This document shows positions 1 through 12,514 of a stretch of 64,000 nt of DNA, in pieces. Made by a program: the position numbers and the translations under genes. The DNA is taken from assembly GCF_004010195.1 (NCBI RefSeq), contig NC_057719.1, forward strand, positions 59,348,164 through 59,412,163, read 5' to 3'. The notes below the pieces were generated by a model. That model was given only the letters and a program-made list of their open reading frames with translations. It was not told the origin of the DNA and searched no databases. Origin of the DNA: Chiloscyllium plagiosum. Its lineage: Eukaryota. Position 1 is the first letter of the stretch; every line of letters begins with the position of its first letter.

Positions 1-798
1 CAGAAAATCCTACCCATCTTTACTGGATTCAAATCAGATATTCTATGTACCTTAGCCTATTATGCTTTGATTCTCCATCAACAATAATGCCACATGGGTT
101 TTGAACATATAAAATTACCAAATTTAAAATATAGCAAAGTAACTATCAGCAATTTTGGATTATACATTATATAGAACAGAATCTCAGAATATGTTTTGTT
201 TGAAATTAAATTTGGGGTTTTTTGAAGTACACTCTGATCATGCAAAATATGGAACTGACGCATCCTCAAATAATTAATAAACATAATTTTCCTAATTTTA
301 AAATTAAAAGTATTCCTTTTACTTCAAAACTGAATCTTTGCTAAAAGATATTATTTCAGTGGTCATGAAAAGTACAAATATCTGTGTTGCTACTTCAAGG
401 AATGTCCTCAGTGAACTATATAAGAGGTAACCAAATGGTTTGCTTTCTCATGACTTCAATTCATAGCTGGAATTTGCAGACAGTGGCTTGCCACTGATCT
501 CAAAAGAAAGCTGCACACAAAGACCTTGCATAGCCCATGACATGTATTTTACTTTTCATGAGTTCAATTTTAATCTTGGACCAAGTCCAGAGAAACCCCA
601 GGTATTGAGAATAGTAATTATCATCGAGCAGACTAAGTCGTTAACCTAATTGCAGAATTCTCTAACAGTCAATCAAAATGCACAATGAACTCATTATTTT
701 GCACTTCTTAAAGGTTTTACAGAGTGAAATAGGATTGGGGTGTACATTTTGAAAGTTGAAATACCTTAAGAAACTTTTTTAAAAAACTAAATCTCTAT

Positions 799-1073
799 GG
801 GTGGCATTGTGGCTCAAAGTCTAGCACTGCTGTCTCAGAGCACCAGGTACCTGGATTTGATTCGACACTTGGGCGACTGTGTGGAGTTTGCACCTTCTCC
901 CAGTGTCTGCATGGGTTTCCTCCCACAGTCCGAAGATAGGCAAGTTAGGTGGATTGGCCATGGGAAACGTAGGGTTACAGGAATAGGGTAGGTCTGGCTG
1001 AGTTGCTCTTCAGAGGGTCAGTGTAGACCCAATAGGCTGAATGGCCTGCTTCCACAATGTAGAGATTCTATGA
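799..1073 (+). mobile_element. HE1-like V-SINE (tRNA-derived head, V core, CR1-like tail)
   Basis: A-box-like gtggctca head, core TGTGTGGAGTTTGCAC-TTCTCCCC-GTGTCTGC-TGGGTTTCCTCCCACAGTCC, tail ...ggcctgcttccacaatgtag. Four other copies in the window. Confidence 0.88.
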
Positions 1074-1503
1074 AAGTATCATAATGGAAAAAGTTGACAT
1101 TACACAAATAGTGTTTGTTTTCAAGGACAAGAGGGTTTATTTATGGAAGATACAATTTAGTATACCACTAAAATCTCAATTATATCTTATTAGGAGACAT
1201 AATTTTTATCATAAGTTTTTAAGAGTGATATTACAAGATAAAAGGCATAGTTCTCATTACTGAAATGATTTTGAAGATAGCCCTCTGCAAAGACTTCAGC
1301 AGAGGATCTTGTGGAGGTGCAAGAAAGAACCATGACTAACTTGCAAATGTCTGCATTTAACTGTGCATGTGCAGATACCAGAAGTTGCTGTCAGTTTCAC
1401 AGGGTAAATGACACCTAACATGCATAGTTTTGCTGTCATCATAACTACAAGATCCAGACTAACTAATCTACAATAACTTCATATAGTCGTAGTGGAAGTT
1501 TAC

Positions 1504-1583
1504 CTGTTGGACGGTGGTGGTTGCTGAACTTGAGGCCCACGACTTGCCTGGGTGGCTAATGGTTTACTTAAGCCCAACATGTC
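1504..1583 (-). CDS. SEC23A: SEC23A coding exon (5th coding exon in window, 80 bp): DMLGLSKPLATQASRGPQVQQPPPSNR
   Basis: Manual translation of the reverse strand. Acceptor ttattag|GAC, donor AG|gtaaac. In frame with the previous exon. The peptide resembles the SEC23A-type linker (..RGPQVQQPPPSNR). The gene continues beyond the left edge. Confidence 0.95.
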
Positions 1584-3732
1584 CTAATAACAAAATTGAC
1601 AATGCAAATTAAAGCCTTTAATCATGCAACCAGATCTATTGTCCATTCCTCGACTCAACCAAAATCGTTTACAGTAGAGGAGAACTAATGTTCCTTGATT
1701 AAAGAACATTTATAGCCTTGTGTCGATTTATTGAATGACAAACCACCACAGTAACTAAAAGCAAAAATAACCTCAAGTTTTTTACGGTGGAATCTGACTT
1801 CTCCAGTGTTATTTTGAGCTGGATTCAAAGTGGAGGGCTCATGGCACATGAAAATTCACTGAATTTAAGAAGGATCTGTGAATCTTTAAAGAAACGAGCA
1901 CAAGCACTTGCAGGTACTGGCCACAAAACAGAGCGTCATTTTGAAGTATAATACACAAAGTGGATTTCAAAATGGATTTAAATTTTACTAAGACATTTCT
2001 AGGAGTAGAAAACCTAAGTTAATTATTTGAAATGTTCGATTAAGGCTCCACTGAAAGATCTGGCAATTGAAGTTAGAAGTAAAAGCAAAATGTCACAAGG
2101 ATGAAATTGTAAACAAAATCATGATGATGGACGAATTCCAAAATTCATATTTCAGCAAACCTCAAGAATAATTTAGATGAGCATAAAATATCAAAGATTC
2201 AAGAAGCAGCAGTACTGGTATCTTTTACACAGTTACTTATGGAGAATTGGTTATATGGAAATCATGAAGGAAACTGGAAAATCTGGGGATGTAAAGGTAT
2301 TAGTTTTAGGGAGCAAACTGATTAATTCCAAAATAATCAAGGAAAAAGTTTAGAATCTAGACATAAGATGACAATGATGACGACGATAATAATAGTAGAA
2401 AGGTCTGAATCTGAAAGTGACAAAGAAAATAACATTAGTCCATTGTACTAAGCCTTGACATAATAAAGCCAATTATTGCAAGTTAAAATAGGAAACTGAA
2501 TGGAGTAATAGGAACACTTAAGGAATCTTCAGCAAAGGTTGCCTCAGGAAAAGAAACAGTTATTGAAAATATAGCTGTAACTCAAGTGGAGCAATTCCCC
2601 AAGAACCTACAAAGAAGGGAGATGTTTCAGGGCAGTCAAGAAAAATTTCTCGATTACTAAGAGACTCAGACCACAAAGTATGAATATTTTGTTTCAAAAG
2701 TGGAAATATTTGTTTACGTTTCTAAATAAATAGGTAAATCAGAACAGATATTAGGAAACACCGGAGCGAGTCACTCAGTTATGCTGTCTGCAGATACAAT
2801 GCATCTTTCAAAGGGGTCAGTGAAGAAGAAAATATTAATTGGAGATGTACATTAAGATTACGAATACGTCCCATTATATTGAGTTGGATTAACGAGTGAC
2901 TTGGTAAATGGAGAGGTTTAAATTGAAGTAGTGTACAAATCATTACAGAAGGAAGTGATTTTATTTTGGGGAATAACCTAACTGGTTCCAAAAGACTGGC
3001 CTCAAAAAAGGCTGGTGGGACAATCAGTAGAAAAAGGAGCAGTACAATGTAGCAAAAAAAACTTGGAGATGCTGCAGGAAAAACATCCTGGATTGTTTTG
3101 TGACTATGTCACAACTAGACCTCAGGCCTGTAGAATTACACAGAAAGGAAAAAGGTCTATATTAAAAAAAGGTACTTTTTTGGATATTCAGTTGACTTAT
3201 TTAAATTTTCAAAAATTGAGTCAAAGGGATAAAGGTAAAGAAAAGGAGGCTGACATGTTTCATCAATCTTCTTTAACAGAAAAACAAACAATAGATCCCG
3301 ATTTGAGGGTTATACCAAACAGCATAGTCAAAAATTGAATCAGTATTAATACACGTGAATTGTTATTTAAAAGACAGTATTAAGGAAGAAATGGAAACCA
3401 CTTCAAAGAGGAATAGGAAGCAGTTAATTTCATGTTAGTTCCAGCTAAGTACCATAACAATTCTTTTTAAGTGTCTCAAGAAATTCCAATAGCAAGTGAC
3501 TTAATATTAGGAAAATTGCTACAATGCTGACACATTATTGAACTGATTATGTAACCGTATGGCCACATTTTGCTTGATATGCCACATATTTGGAGATTGG
3601 GAAAACCCAGTTATGAAATAAGCTGCAACTGTTTGAAGAACCATTTAGCAGGGTCCTAACAGACAGCTCAGGACCCTTATCTCGAGTAGAAAACAGTATC
3701 TTTTTAACAAGTACAGATAATTCGGCAAGATT

Positions 3733-4044
3733 TCATAGAATCATAAAATCTCTATGTGCATAAAGAGACCATTTGGACCATCAAGCCTGCACCAAACCTC
3801 CAAAGAGCGTCCCACACCAGAGTCAGCCCCCACCTGACCATATAACCCCACATTTATCATGGCCAATCCATCTAACCTGCATATCTTTGGATTGTGGGAA
3901 AAAACCGGTGCACCCAGCAGAAACTCTCACAGACACAGGGAGAACGTGTGAACTTCATACAAACAGTTGGCCAAGGCTGGAATCAAACCTTGGTCCCTGG
4001 TGCTGTGAGGCAGCAGTGTTAACCACAGAGCCACCTTGCCATCC
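3733..4044 (-). mobile_element. HE1-like V-SINE inserted in the Gypsy integrase
   Basis: Reverse complement of the V core (acagacacagggagaacgtgtgaacttcatac) and tRNA-like head (aaccacagagccacc). Confidence 0.85.
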
Positions 4045-6957
4045 TGTGTTTGACTTGGTCATTTTGCTCATGGAATAGGAGCAGAAAAGCTTTCTTCACG
4101 ACTGAACAGCCCACTTCATGGTCTACTCTGTTCAACCCCCACCAGTTTTGGGGAAAATTACAGCAAATAGAGTAGCGAAAACGTTAGTCCAGTTTTGTTT
4201 TTATACAAAATATGGATTACTTGAAGAAATGCAATCAGATTAAGATTCATGTTTTGCCACAAATATTTAAAGAAATACTGAACAGCTTGCAAATAAAACA
4301 ATTTACATCTTCCACTCATCATCCACAATCTCAAATAACATTGGAAAGTTGGCATCAAACTTTAAAGGCCACGGTGTGGAGGTGTGATGTTGGACTGGGG
4401 TGGACAAAGTCAGAAGTCACCAGGTAATAGTTCAACCAGTGTATTTGAAATCACAAGCTTTTCAGAGCTTCATCAGCTTCATCAGACAAAATGAAGAGAA
4501 GACACATCGGCACAGAATTTATAATCAGAGATCAAAAGATTATACAAATGGCGTGAGTAGAGTGTCGACATGTGGAATTATAACTCTGCAGTGATCAAGA
4601 GTGTCAGATGGTGTGAGTAAAGTGTTAATAAGTGAAGGGATGGCCTATAATCCAATTAATTAAGGCAGAGCTCCAGGAATTCTTCAACAAACCTCAAGTT
4701 GTCAGCAGCAAGACTAATGAGACAACCAATGAACTGGAATAAGCGACAGAGATCTGTAGTGCACTGACCAAAGAAGAAAGAGTCAAATTAGACTCCTCCA
4801 GAAGGCCGCTGCCCCAGGCTTGACATGTATGCTCAAGGGGAGGAGGTGTGTTAAAGCCAGATTCATCAGATATGCTCACAAGATAGCGCAAAATGTCACC
4901 CAATCATAACGCAATGCTCATCTATGCTCTAAATATCAATCGCAACATCGCCATCAAACCAGCAAAGGAGGAGCCATCGTCATGCAGAATAGAATGGACT
5001 ACTGCAAAGAAACATACCAACTGAACAACTAGTAACACTACCTGCTAATCTGACTAAATAACACACACATTAACTCAACAGCCTGATAAGACCTTCAGAG
5101 TATCCTAAGCATTCTGAACCCACAATCTTCTCACATAGGAGACTTCTACTGCCTTTTGAAGATACATAAAGCCAACACACCTGGACATCCCATCATATCA
5201 GGCCATGGGACCCTATGTAAGAACCTCTCTGGCTAAGTCGAGGGAAACCCAATGTATAAGGACCCCCAGCTTCTGTCACGTCTCTACAGACTTCTTAGAG
5301 AAACTCAGCACCCAAGGACCAGTTGAACTAGGAACATTGCTCATCACAGTAGACATTTTAGCAGTCTACACCAGCATCCCCCACGGCAATGGGATCGCTG
5401 CAACAGCCTCGGTACTCAATACCAACAACTGCCAATTTCCAGGCACCATCCTGTAATTCATCCACTACATCCTCGCCCACAACATCTTGACCTTCGACAA
5501 CCAGTTCTTCATCCAGACACACAGAACAGCCATAGGGACCAACATTGCAGCCCAATATGCCATCATTTTCATGCACAAGTTCAAACAAGACTTCTTTGCT
5601 GCACAGGAACTCTAATCAAAGCTAAACACAGATACACTGACGATATTTCCTTCCTTGGGACTCATGGCAGGGAATCATTGAAACGACTGCAACAATATCC
5701 ACAAGTTTCATCCCACCAGACTTCCTATGGATACTTTTTAGAATCAGTATCATTGCATCTCCATCAAGGATAGACAATCAGTACCTCATTCTACCACAAG
5801 CCCATAGATAAACTCACAATGCTTCACTTCTCTAACTTCCCTACTAAACATATTAAAAGAAGCCATCCCCAGTGGACAAGTCCTGCTCAGACAAGGGAGA
5901 ATGCAATGGATGCCTCAAGATACTAAAAGACACCCTCGTAAAAATGGGATACAATGCTGAACTCAATGATCAGTTCTGACATGCCACAGCAAAAAACTGC
6001 AACAACCTCCTCAGAAGACACGACCAATAGAGTACCCTTTGACATCCAGTACTTCACCACAGCAGAGAAACTATGCCACTTTCTTCCCAGCTTTCAACAT
6101 GTCATCAATGTTGACAGACATCTCAAGATAATCCCTACGTCTCCACTTCTCGCCTTCAAACAAGTGCCATACCTTAAACAGACCATCGTTTGCAGCAAAC
6201 TACCCAGTCTCCAGGAAAACATTGATCACAATAACACATAACCCTGCTAGGGCAACCTTTACAAGACATGACACTGCATCGACATGGATACAACCATCAT
6301 ACGTGGGAACACGACCTACTGCATACATGGCAGATACTCAGGTGACTCGGTCAATGCTGTCTATCTCATCAGCTGCAGGCAAGGATGCCCCAAGGCATGA
6401 TACATTGGTGAGACCATGCAAATGCTACAAAAACGGATGAATGGACACTGCGCAACAATCACCAGACAGGAATGTGCCCAGCTTGTTGAGGAACACTTCA
6501 GCAGACAAGAACATTCAGCCTCCGATCTTCAGGCAAGGGTCCTCCAAGGTGGCCTTCAATATATACATTAATGCAGAATCGTCGAGCAGGCACTAATAGC
6601 TAAGTTCTATATCCACGAAGACAGCCTCAACTGTGATCTTGGGTTCATGTCACACACTACATGTAACCCTACCACACTGATCTGTATTCATAAAATCTTA
6701 ATTACCTTCCTGCTTTGACACCATCACCTTGATAATTTGTTATGTTGTCTCTACCTTAATTAGTATGTACAGTTTTGGATTACTTGTTACTTCGGTTAGA
6801 CCCGCAGTATGAGACCTATCATGTCATTTCAGTCATTTAAATAGTCTCCAACACCACCTTATTTTTAATTTTTTTGTAATTATCACTCTGCCTTAATTAA
6901 TCAGATTATAAGTCATCCCTTCACTTGTTATCCGGCTGTTGACACTTTACTCACACC

Positions 6958-7135
6958 TCCTTCCCATTTATCTCTCCACCCTGGAGGCTCCCTGCCTTCA
7001 TTCCTGAAGGAGGGCTTTAGCCCAAAACATTGATTTTCCTGCTCCTTGGATACTGGCTGACCTGCTGTGCTTTTCCAGCTCCACTCTAATCTAGACTCTG
7101 ATCTCCAGCATCTGCAGTCCTCAATACTTTTGCCT
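6958..7135 (+). mobile_element. Short terminal-repeat fragment of a second Penelope-like family nested in the first, with a 14-bp TSD
   Basis: Matches the terminal repeat of the 21321-22763 element (ctgctgtgcttttccagc..ctccagcatctgcagtcctca). TSD actttactcacacc at 6944-6957 and 7136-7149. Confidence 0.85.
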
Positions 7136-7321
7136 ACTTTACTCACACCGTCTGACATTCTTGATCACCTGCACAGACGTATCATTCAGCCTGTTGACAC
7201 TCCACTCACACTCGTACAATCATTTGATCTCTTTTGATTCTAAATTCTGTGCCTGTTTGTCTTTCTTCACTTCACTTAATGAAGGGGCAGTGCTCTGAAA
7301 GCTTCTGATTTCAAACAAATC

Positions 7322-7670
7322 CATAGAAACCACAGAATCCTGACAGTGTGAAAACAGGTTCTTCAGCCCAACAAGTCCACACCAACCCTCCGAAGAGTAT
7401 CCCACCCAGACTCATTCCCCTCTTAACTCAACATTTCCCTCTAACTAATGCACCTAACCTATACATCCCTGAACACTACGGGCAATTTAGCAAGGCCAAT
7501 CCACCCTAACCTGCACATCTTTGGATTGTGGGAGGAAACTGGAGCACCCGGTGTAAACCCACACAGACACAGGGAGAATGTGCAAAGTCCACACAGACAG
7601 TCGCCCGAGGCGGGAATTGAACCCAGGTCCCTGGCGCAGTGAGGTACTAGTGTTAACCACTGAGCCACCC
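7322..7670 (-). mobile_element. HE1-like V-SINE, near full length, inserted in the Penelope 3' repeat
   Basis: Reverse V core (cacagacacagggagaatgtgcaaagtccacacagacagtcgcc) and B-box-like gggaattgaacccagg. It splits the Penelope repeat, which resumes tgttggac at 7671. Confidence 0.9.
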
Positions 7671-8097
7671 TGTTGGACGAAAGCCTAGTGTCGTATGACG
7701 TCTGACTTTAAAGGCCATGATTAGAGCTTCATATGAGGAAACCTAATGAATGAGAGAAAGGAATTCCCAATTTACTTTTTGCCATTAAGGATGTCTCTAA
7801 TGAGGGCACAAGATGCAGTACTTTTGAACTAATATATAGGAGATGGCTTAAATGTCTTAAAAAGTTTATAAACCAAAGCTCAAAAAGAGTTCCAACTTGT
7901 ATGTCAAATTTCACAGAGAAACTAACCAAAGCCCACGAGTTGACTAAAAGTGTTTTTCAAACGTGCTCAACAGAATGAAATTTACAGCAGATAAAAAGAT
8001 GAACATATTTCCATTACATCTGCTGCAAAAAATACACTAAACACCTGTACTTTCATTTCAAAATAAATCTTGACACTTAGTTTGAAAGCTTCTTTCA

Positions 8098-8457
<360 letters not shown>

Positions 8458-8769
8458 CTAAAACATCTTATTAGCATTATTCACTCGATGCAACAAGTAC
8501 ATTGGTATTTGAATGCATACTAAAAAAAAATTCAAAAGCTGTGGACACATCGACAACAACTCATATTAAACGACTTTGTTCAAAATGTTTTCTTCCATAA
8601 ACAGGGCTCTCTTCAATACTGCCCAGATAAAAATTTGAAACCCCAAATAAACTCAGCTAATTTGGAGTAATCATTACAATCAACTCTGCAACGATCTTGA
8701 AATTTCTACACCATTAATAATTAAAATCCTTTTCTTAAAGCTGCATTTTTAAAAATTAAATTCATAGGA

Positions 8770-9890
8770 TATATGCATCACTGAATAGGTTAGCACTGAT
8801 TGCCCATTCCTATTTGCCACAGAATAAGCAGTCCTGAGGTTCCTGAACCACTGCAGCCCTTGGGATGTATGCGATCCATGATGCCTGTCAGGAAGGGAGT
8901 TCCAGAGTTTTAACATAGTGACAGTGAAGGAATGTACAGTTTTAAGGGAATCTTGCAGGTGATGATGTTCCATACAGTTGCTGGCCTTGACCTCATAGGT
9001 GGTAACCTCCTGATCAAAAAGGCAAAGAAGCTGTTGCTTTGCTCAAGTGTAGAGAATGGTCTGAAGCAAATATCCTGGAAGGAGAATCCCAGTTATAGTG
9101 GTGGGAGAAGACATGGCAATGATGGAAATCACAGGTTTGGAAGGTGCTATCAGAGGTACCTTGATGAGTCAAGGTAATGCATCTTCTAGACCGTACATAC
9201 CACTGCCACTGTGCATTAGTGGTGAAGGGGATAATGGTAAAAGTGGAGGGGATAGGGTGCTAATCAAGCAAAGAAGGCCAAGGTGGATTACCCACTCAGC
9301 ATTTCATCCTTTTCTTTTGCATTAATGCACTCGGCTCCACATCATTAAAGATGGGGACATTTGTGCAGCCTCTACTCCTGTTAGCTGTTTAAGTGGTGAA
9401 TGGTAGTGAACAGTTAACGTGGTAAGACCGAAAAGTTCAGATCCGACATGTTGGATATAGGATCACTTATTCTTTGACACCTTGTTTTTAGGTATGCTTG
9501 GTGGTGTTCAAGGATCCTGCATTCTTTATTACAATCTCCCATCTTGATGGCAATATTAGAAACTGGAGCCAACCAAATTCCATTTCTACATAACAGACAT
9601 GAAACTTTAAACTCCAAAACGTGATAATGCCAAGCCAAGAGTTTATTTGACTGATGGCCCAGTGCCTTGTGGTTGCCTAGGTTTGATGCTATACACATTT
9701 GAAATATATCCCATTTATCAGGGTGATATTGCCACTCAACAAGTGTGGGTATCCTGGATTTGTAGATGGGACTTAGTTTCCACAAAGGACTGTATGATGG
9801 TTACACCTACCAACACCATCATAGACAGATGCATCTGCAACAATCAGATTGGTGAAGATGATGTCAAATAGTATTTTTCCCTCTTGTTAA
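8770..9890 (-). mobile_element. Internally deleted CR1/L2-group LINE remnant
   Basis: Similar to the other family members at 16690-17330, 41040-41740 and 59130-59575, which encode RT-like IFSCFIN/FTDDCT motifs on the minus strand. Confidence 0.65.
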
Positions 9891-10987
9891 TGTGCATCAA
9901 ATATTGTCTAGATATTTACAGGTTTCATTTTCAATGAAGTCAAGAGGTTTCTTGAATTACTGTGTGTTTACTTGAGGTCAGCAACTGAAATTCAAATCTC
10001 TGAAGTTTTGGGTTTTGCTTTACTTAGGTTTACACGTTATGTTGTAATTGCTATAGCTTTTTATGACAGCTCCTCCTACTGTATCTCTAAAATATTTTCC
10101 TTCCTTTATTTTTCAGGTTATTTCTTCTACCTACCTAGATTTTTCAGCCTGTCCTTTGATTCTCTTCACACTGACATTGAACAGCTGCTAATGACAATGA
10201 CATGTTTCTTGCTACAGACATTCCCCTGCCTCGTCAATTTTAACAACTTTTGACTGGGCGGAACCAAATTTCATTCCTACATAACAGACATGAAACTTTA
10301 AATTGCAGACATCAAAATCACCTGCCCCCGGCAGCTAGTTTCTATTTGACTATACACAGCTACTATTCTTCCTTAGATGTTTTTTTTCAGTTGGGGGCAT
10401 GTTTAGTGTTGACTCAGGAACAGCAAAACATATTCTTTGTAGGCAAGGTCATATAAGATTGCACTTTCGCTCGATTTCAATCATCGCCATGTCTTCTCCA
10501 CCCAATATGACCAAGAGTCTCCTTTGGGATATTTGCTTCTGACCATTCTCTGAATTTGAGCAAAGCAACAGCTTCTTGGCCTTTGTGATAAGGAAGTTAG
10601 CCAGTGATATATTAATGCGGTCTTGCTGTTAAAACTGGCTGAGGCTGGTTCTCACCTCTCCTGGACTTTTATGTTGTCAGCAGTAAAAGAAATAAAGTCC
10701 AAAGTGTAAATTATGCAGCAAATTGATCTGAACAGGATTACCTCAGACCACTTGTACAACACTGGCATTGTAAAGTTCAATTATATCGAAAAAGATAAGA
10801 GCTCTTAAATAGTTCTGCTTAAGCTATTCTAAACCGCGAATCTATTAAATCTCTAAAGATGTGCATATAAAAGTGAAAGCAAAACTCAAATTTAATATTA
10901 GAAAACAGAAATTAAAGATACAGCAGAACAAGTTAACTTTTTGCATTAATGAGATTGGTTTTATTTTTTCACTGGTATTTAATTTCA

Positions 10988-11278
<291 letters not shown>

Positions 11279-11449
11279 TTAGAAAGATGAACACATTGTT
11301 GAATGAGTGGTAGGGTAGACGCACCAGCACTGGGAGAGGAAGAGACTGAAATACTGGATGGATTCCACTCAAATTGGGCTGCGACGCGGGTCCTGGTAAT
11401 AGGTACAATGTCTTCAACTGAGTAACAGGATGGGAGGAGATGATTTGTT

Positions 11450-11762
11450 TTAGATTCCCTACAGTGTGGAAACAGGTCCTTCGGCCCAACAAGTCCATAC
11501 CAACCTTGCAAAGAATAACCCACCCAGACCTAATCCCTCTCTCTCTCTACTAATGCCCCTATCACTATGGGCAATTTAGCCTGGTCAATTCAGCTGACCT
11601 GCACATCTTCGTGACTGAGGGGGGGAAACCGGAGCACGTGGAGGAAACCCACGCAAGACACATGGAGAATGTGCAAACTCCATGCAGACTGTCGCCTGGA
11701 ATTGAATCTGAGTCCCTGGCACTGCGAGGCAGCTGTGCTAAACACTGAGCCACCGTGCTGCC
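11450..11762 (-). mobile_element. HE1-like V-SINE
   Basis: Reverse V core (ggagaatgtgcaaactccatgcagactgtcgcc), head cactgagccaccgtgctgcc, tail acagtgtggaaacaggtccttcggcccaac. Confidence 0.9.
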
Positions 11763-12514
11763 AATTTGTGGACAGTAAAAGTTTAAGTGGAAATATTAGT
11801 ATAAATAATATTTAAAACCAAACAAAAAGGGGAAAAGAGTAAAGTTTAAAAACTAATAATTGCAACATAATTAAACTAGATGTATTAAATATATTAAATA
11901 TTAAAAACATTCGAGTGGAATGACAGGTTATGGCACATGGGTGATTCTAAAGGTGACTGGAGTACAAAGGAAGAAATTGATCAAATACAGCTTCAAATGG
12001 GAGGTATGTCATGGTAGCCATCGCTAAACCATGCCTAAAATGGTCAGGACTGCAAATTAAACATACTAAGTTATTAGACATACAGTGAAAAGGTAAAGAA
12101 AAAATGATAGAAATGGAAGGAGCAAGCTCAATCATTAAAGATGAAACCACACCTATACGAAAGGGAATGTAATGAGAGGCAAGTAGAATGAGGAAACTTT
12201 AAGGACATAATCAAGAAGCAGATGATCATTTAAGAGTGATACATAGGCCCCTAGTAGCAGCTCGGAACTGGGAAATTGCATAAAACAAAAACTACATAAG
12301 CATGTAACAAAGGCTCGTGGTTTTAATGAAGGGATTTAATTTCCATACAAATGAAGACAAGACTATCAATTTAAAAGGTAGTGAATCTGTTAAGTCTGTC
12401 TCAGATAGTTTCCTGCTACAATGTGTCCTACAGTCAGTCAACAAGGAGACATTCCAATTAGATTCAGCAATAAGCCATATTTAGTTAACAAATGCTATGT
12501 TAACGTGGATGCAT

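Larger units (their letters stand above)
4372..7704 (+). mobile_element. Penelope-like element (RT + GIY-YIG endonuclease, decayed) with an inverted 5' terminal repeat and a 13-bp TSD
   Basis: RT motifs LLITVDILAVYTSIPH (ORF 5205..5456), QTHRTAIGTNIAAQYA and RYTDDI. GIY-YIG-like AVYLISCRQGCPKA..IGET (~6355-6415). 4373-4670 is the reverse complement of the 3' repeat region. TSD actttaaaggcca at 4359-4371 and 7705-7717. Confidence 0.88.
1960..8005 (+). mobile_element. Decayed Gypsy LTR retrotransposon internal region (gag-protease-integrase, Gmr1-like order), interrupted by SINE and Penelope insertions
   Basis: Protease-like LGNTGASHS (~2751-2777) and DFILGNNL (~2957). Integrase-like PFSRVLTDSSGPL (~3641), EEMQSD (~4223) and SSTHHPQSQITLESWHQTLK (~4308-4367), resuming as KAMIR..EKGIPNLLFAIKD after 7717. 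Many stops and frameshifts. Confidence 0.8.

Noticed and set aside
799..875. tRNA-like A/B boxes at SINE heads
   Set aside because: They are SINE promoters joined to the V core, not cloverleaf-forming tRNA genes.
10568..10595. acagcttcttggcctttgtgataagg resembles the 5' end of U2 snRNA
   Set aside because: Only a short imperfect match with no downstream U2 sequence (no branch-pairing or Sm site). It is part of the 130-bp local inverted repeat.
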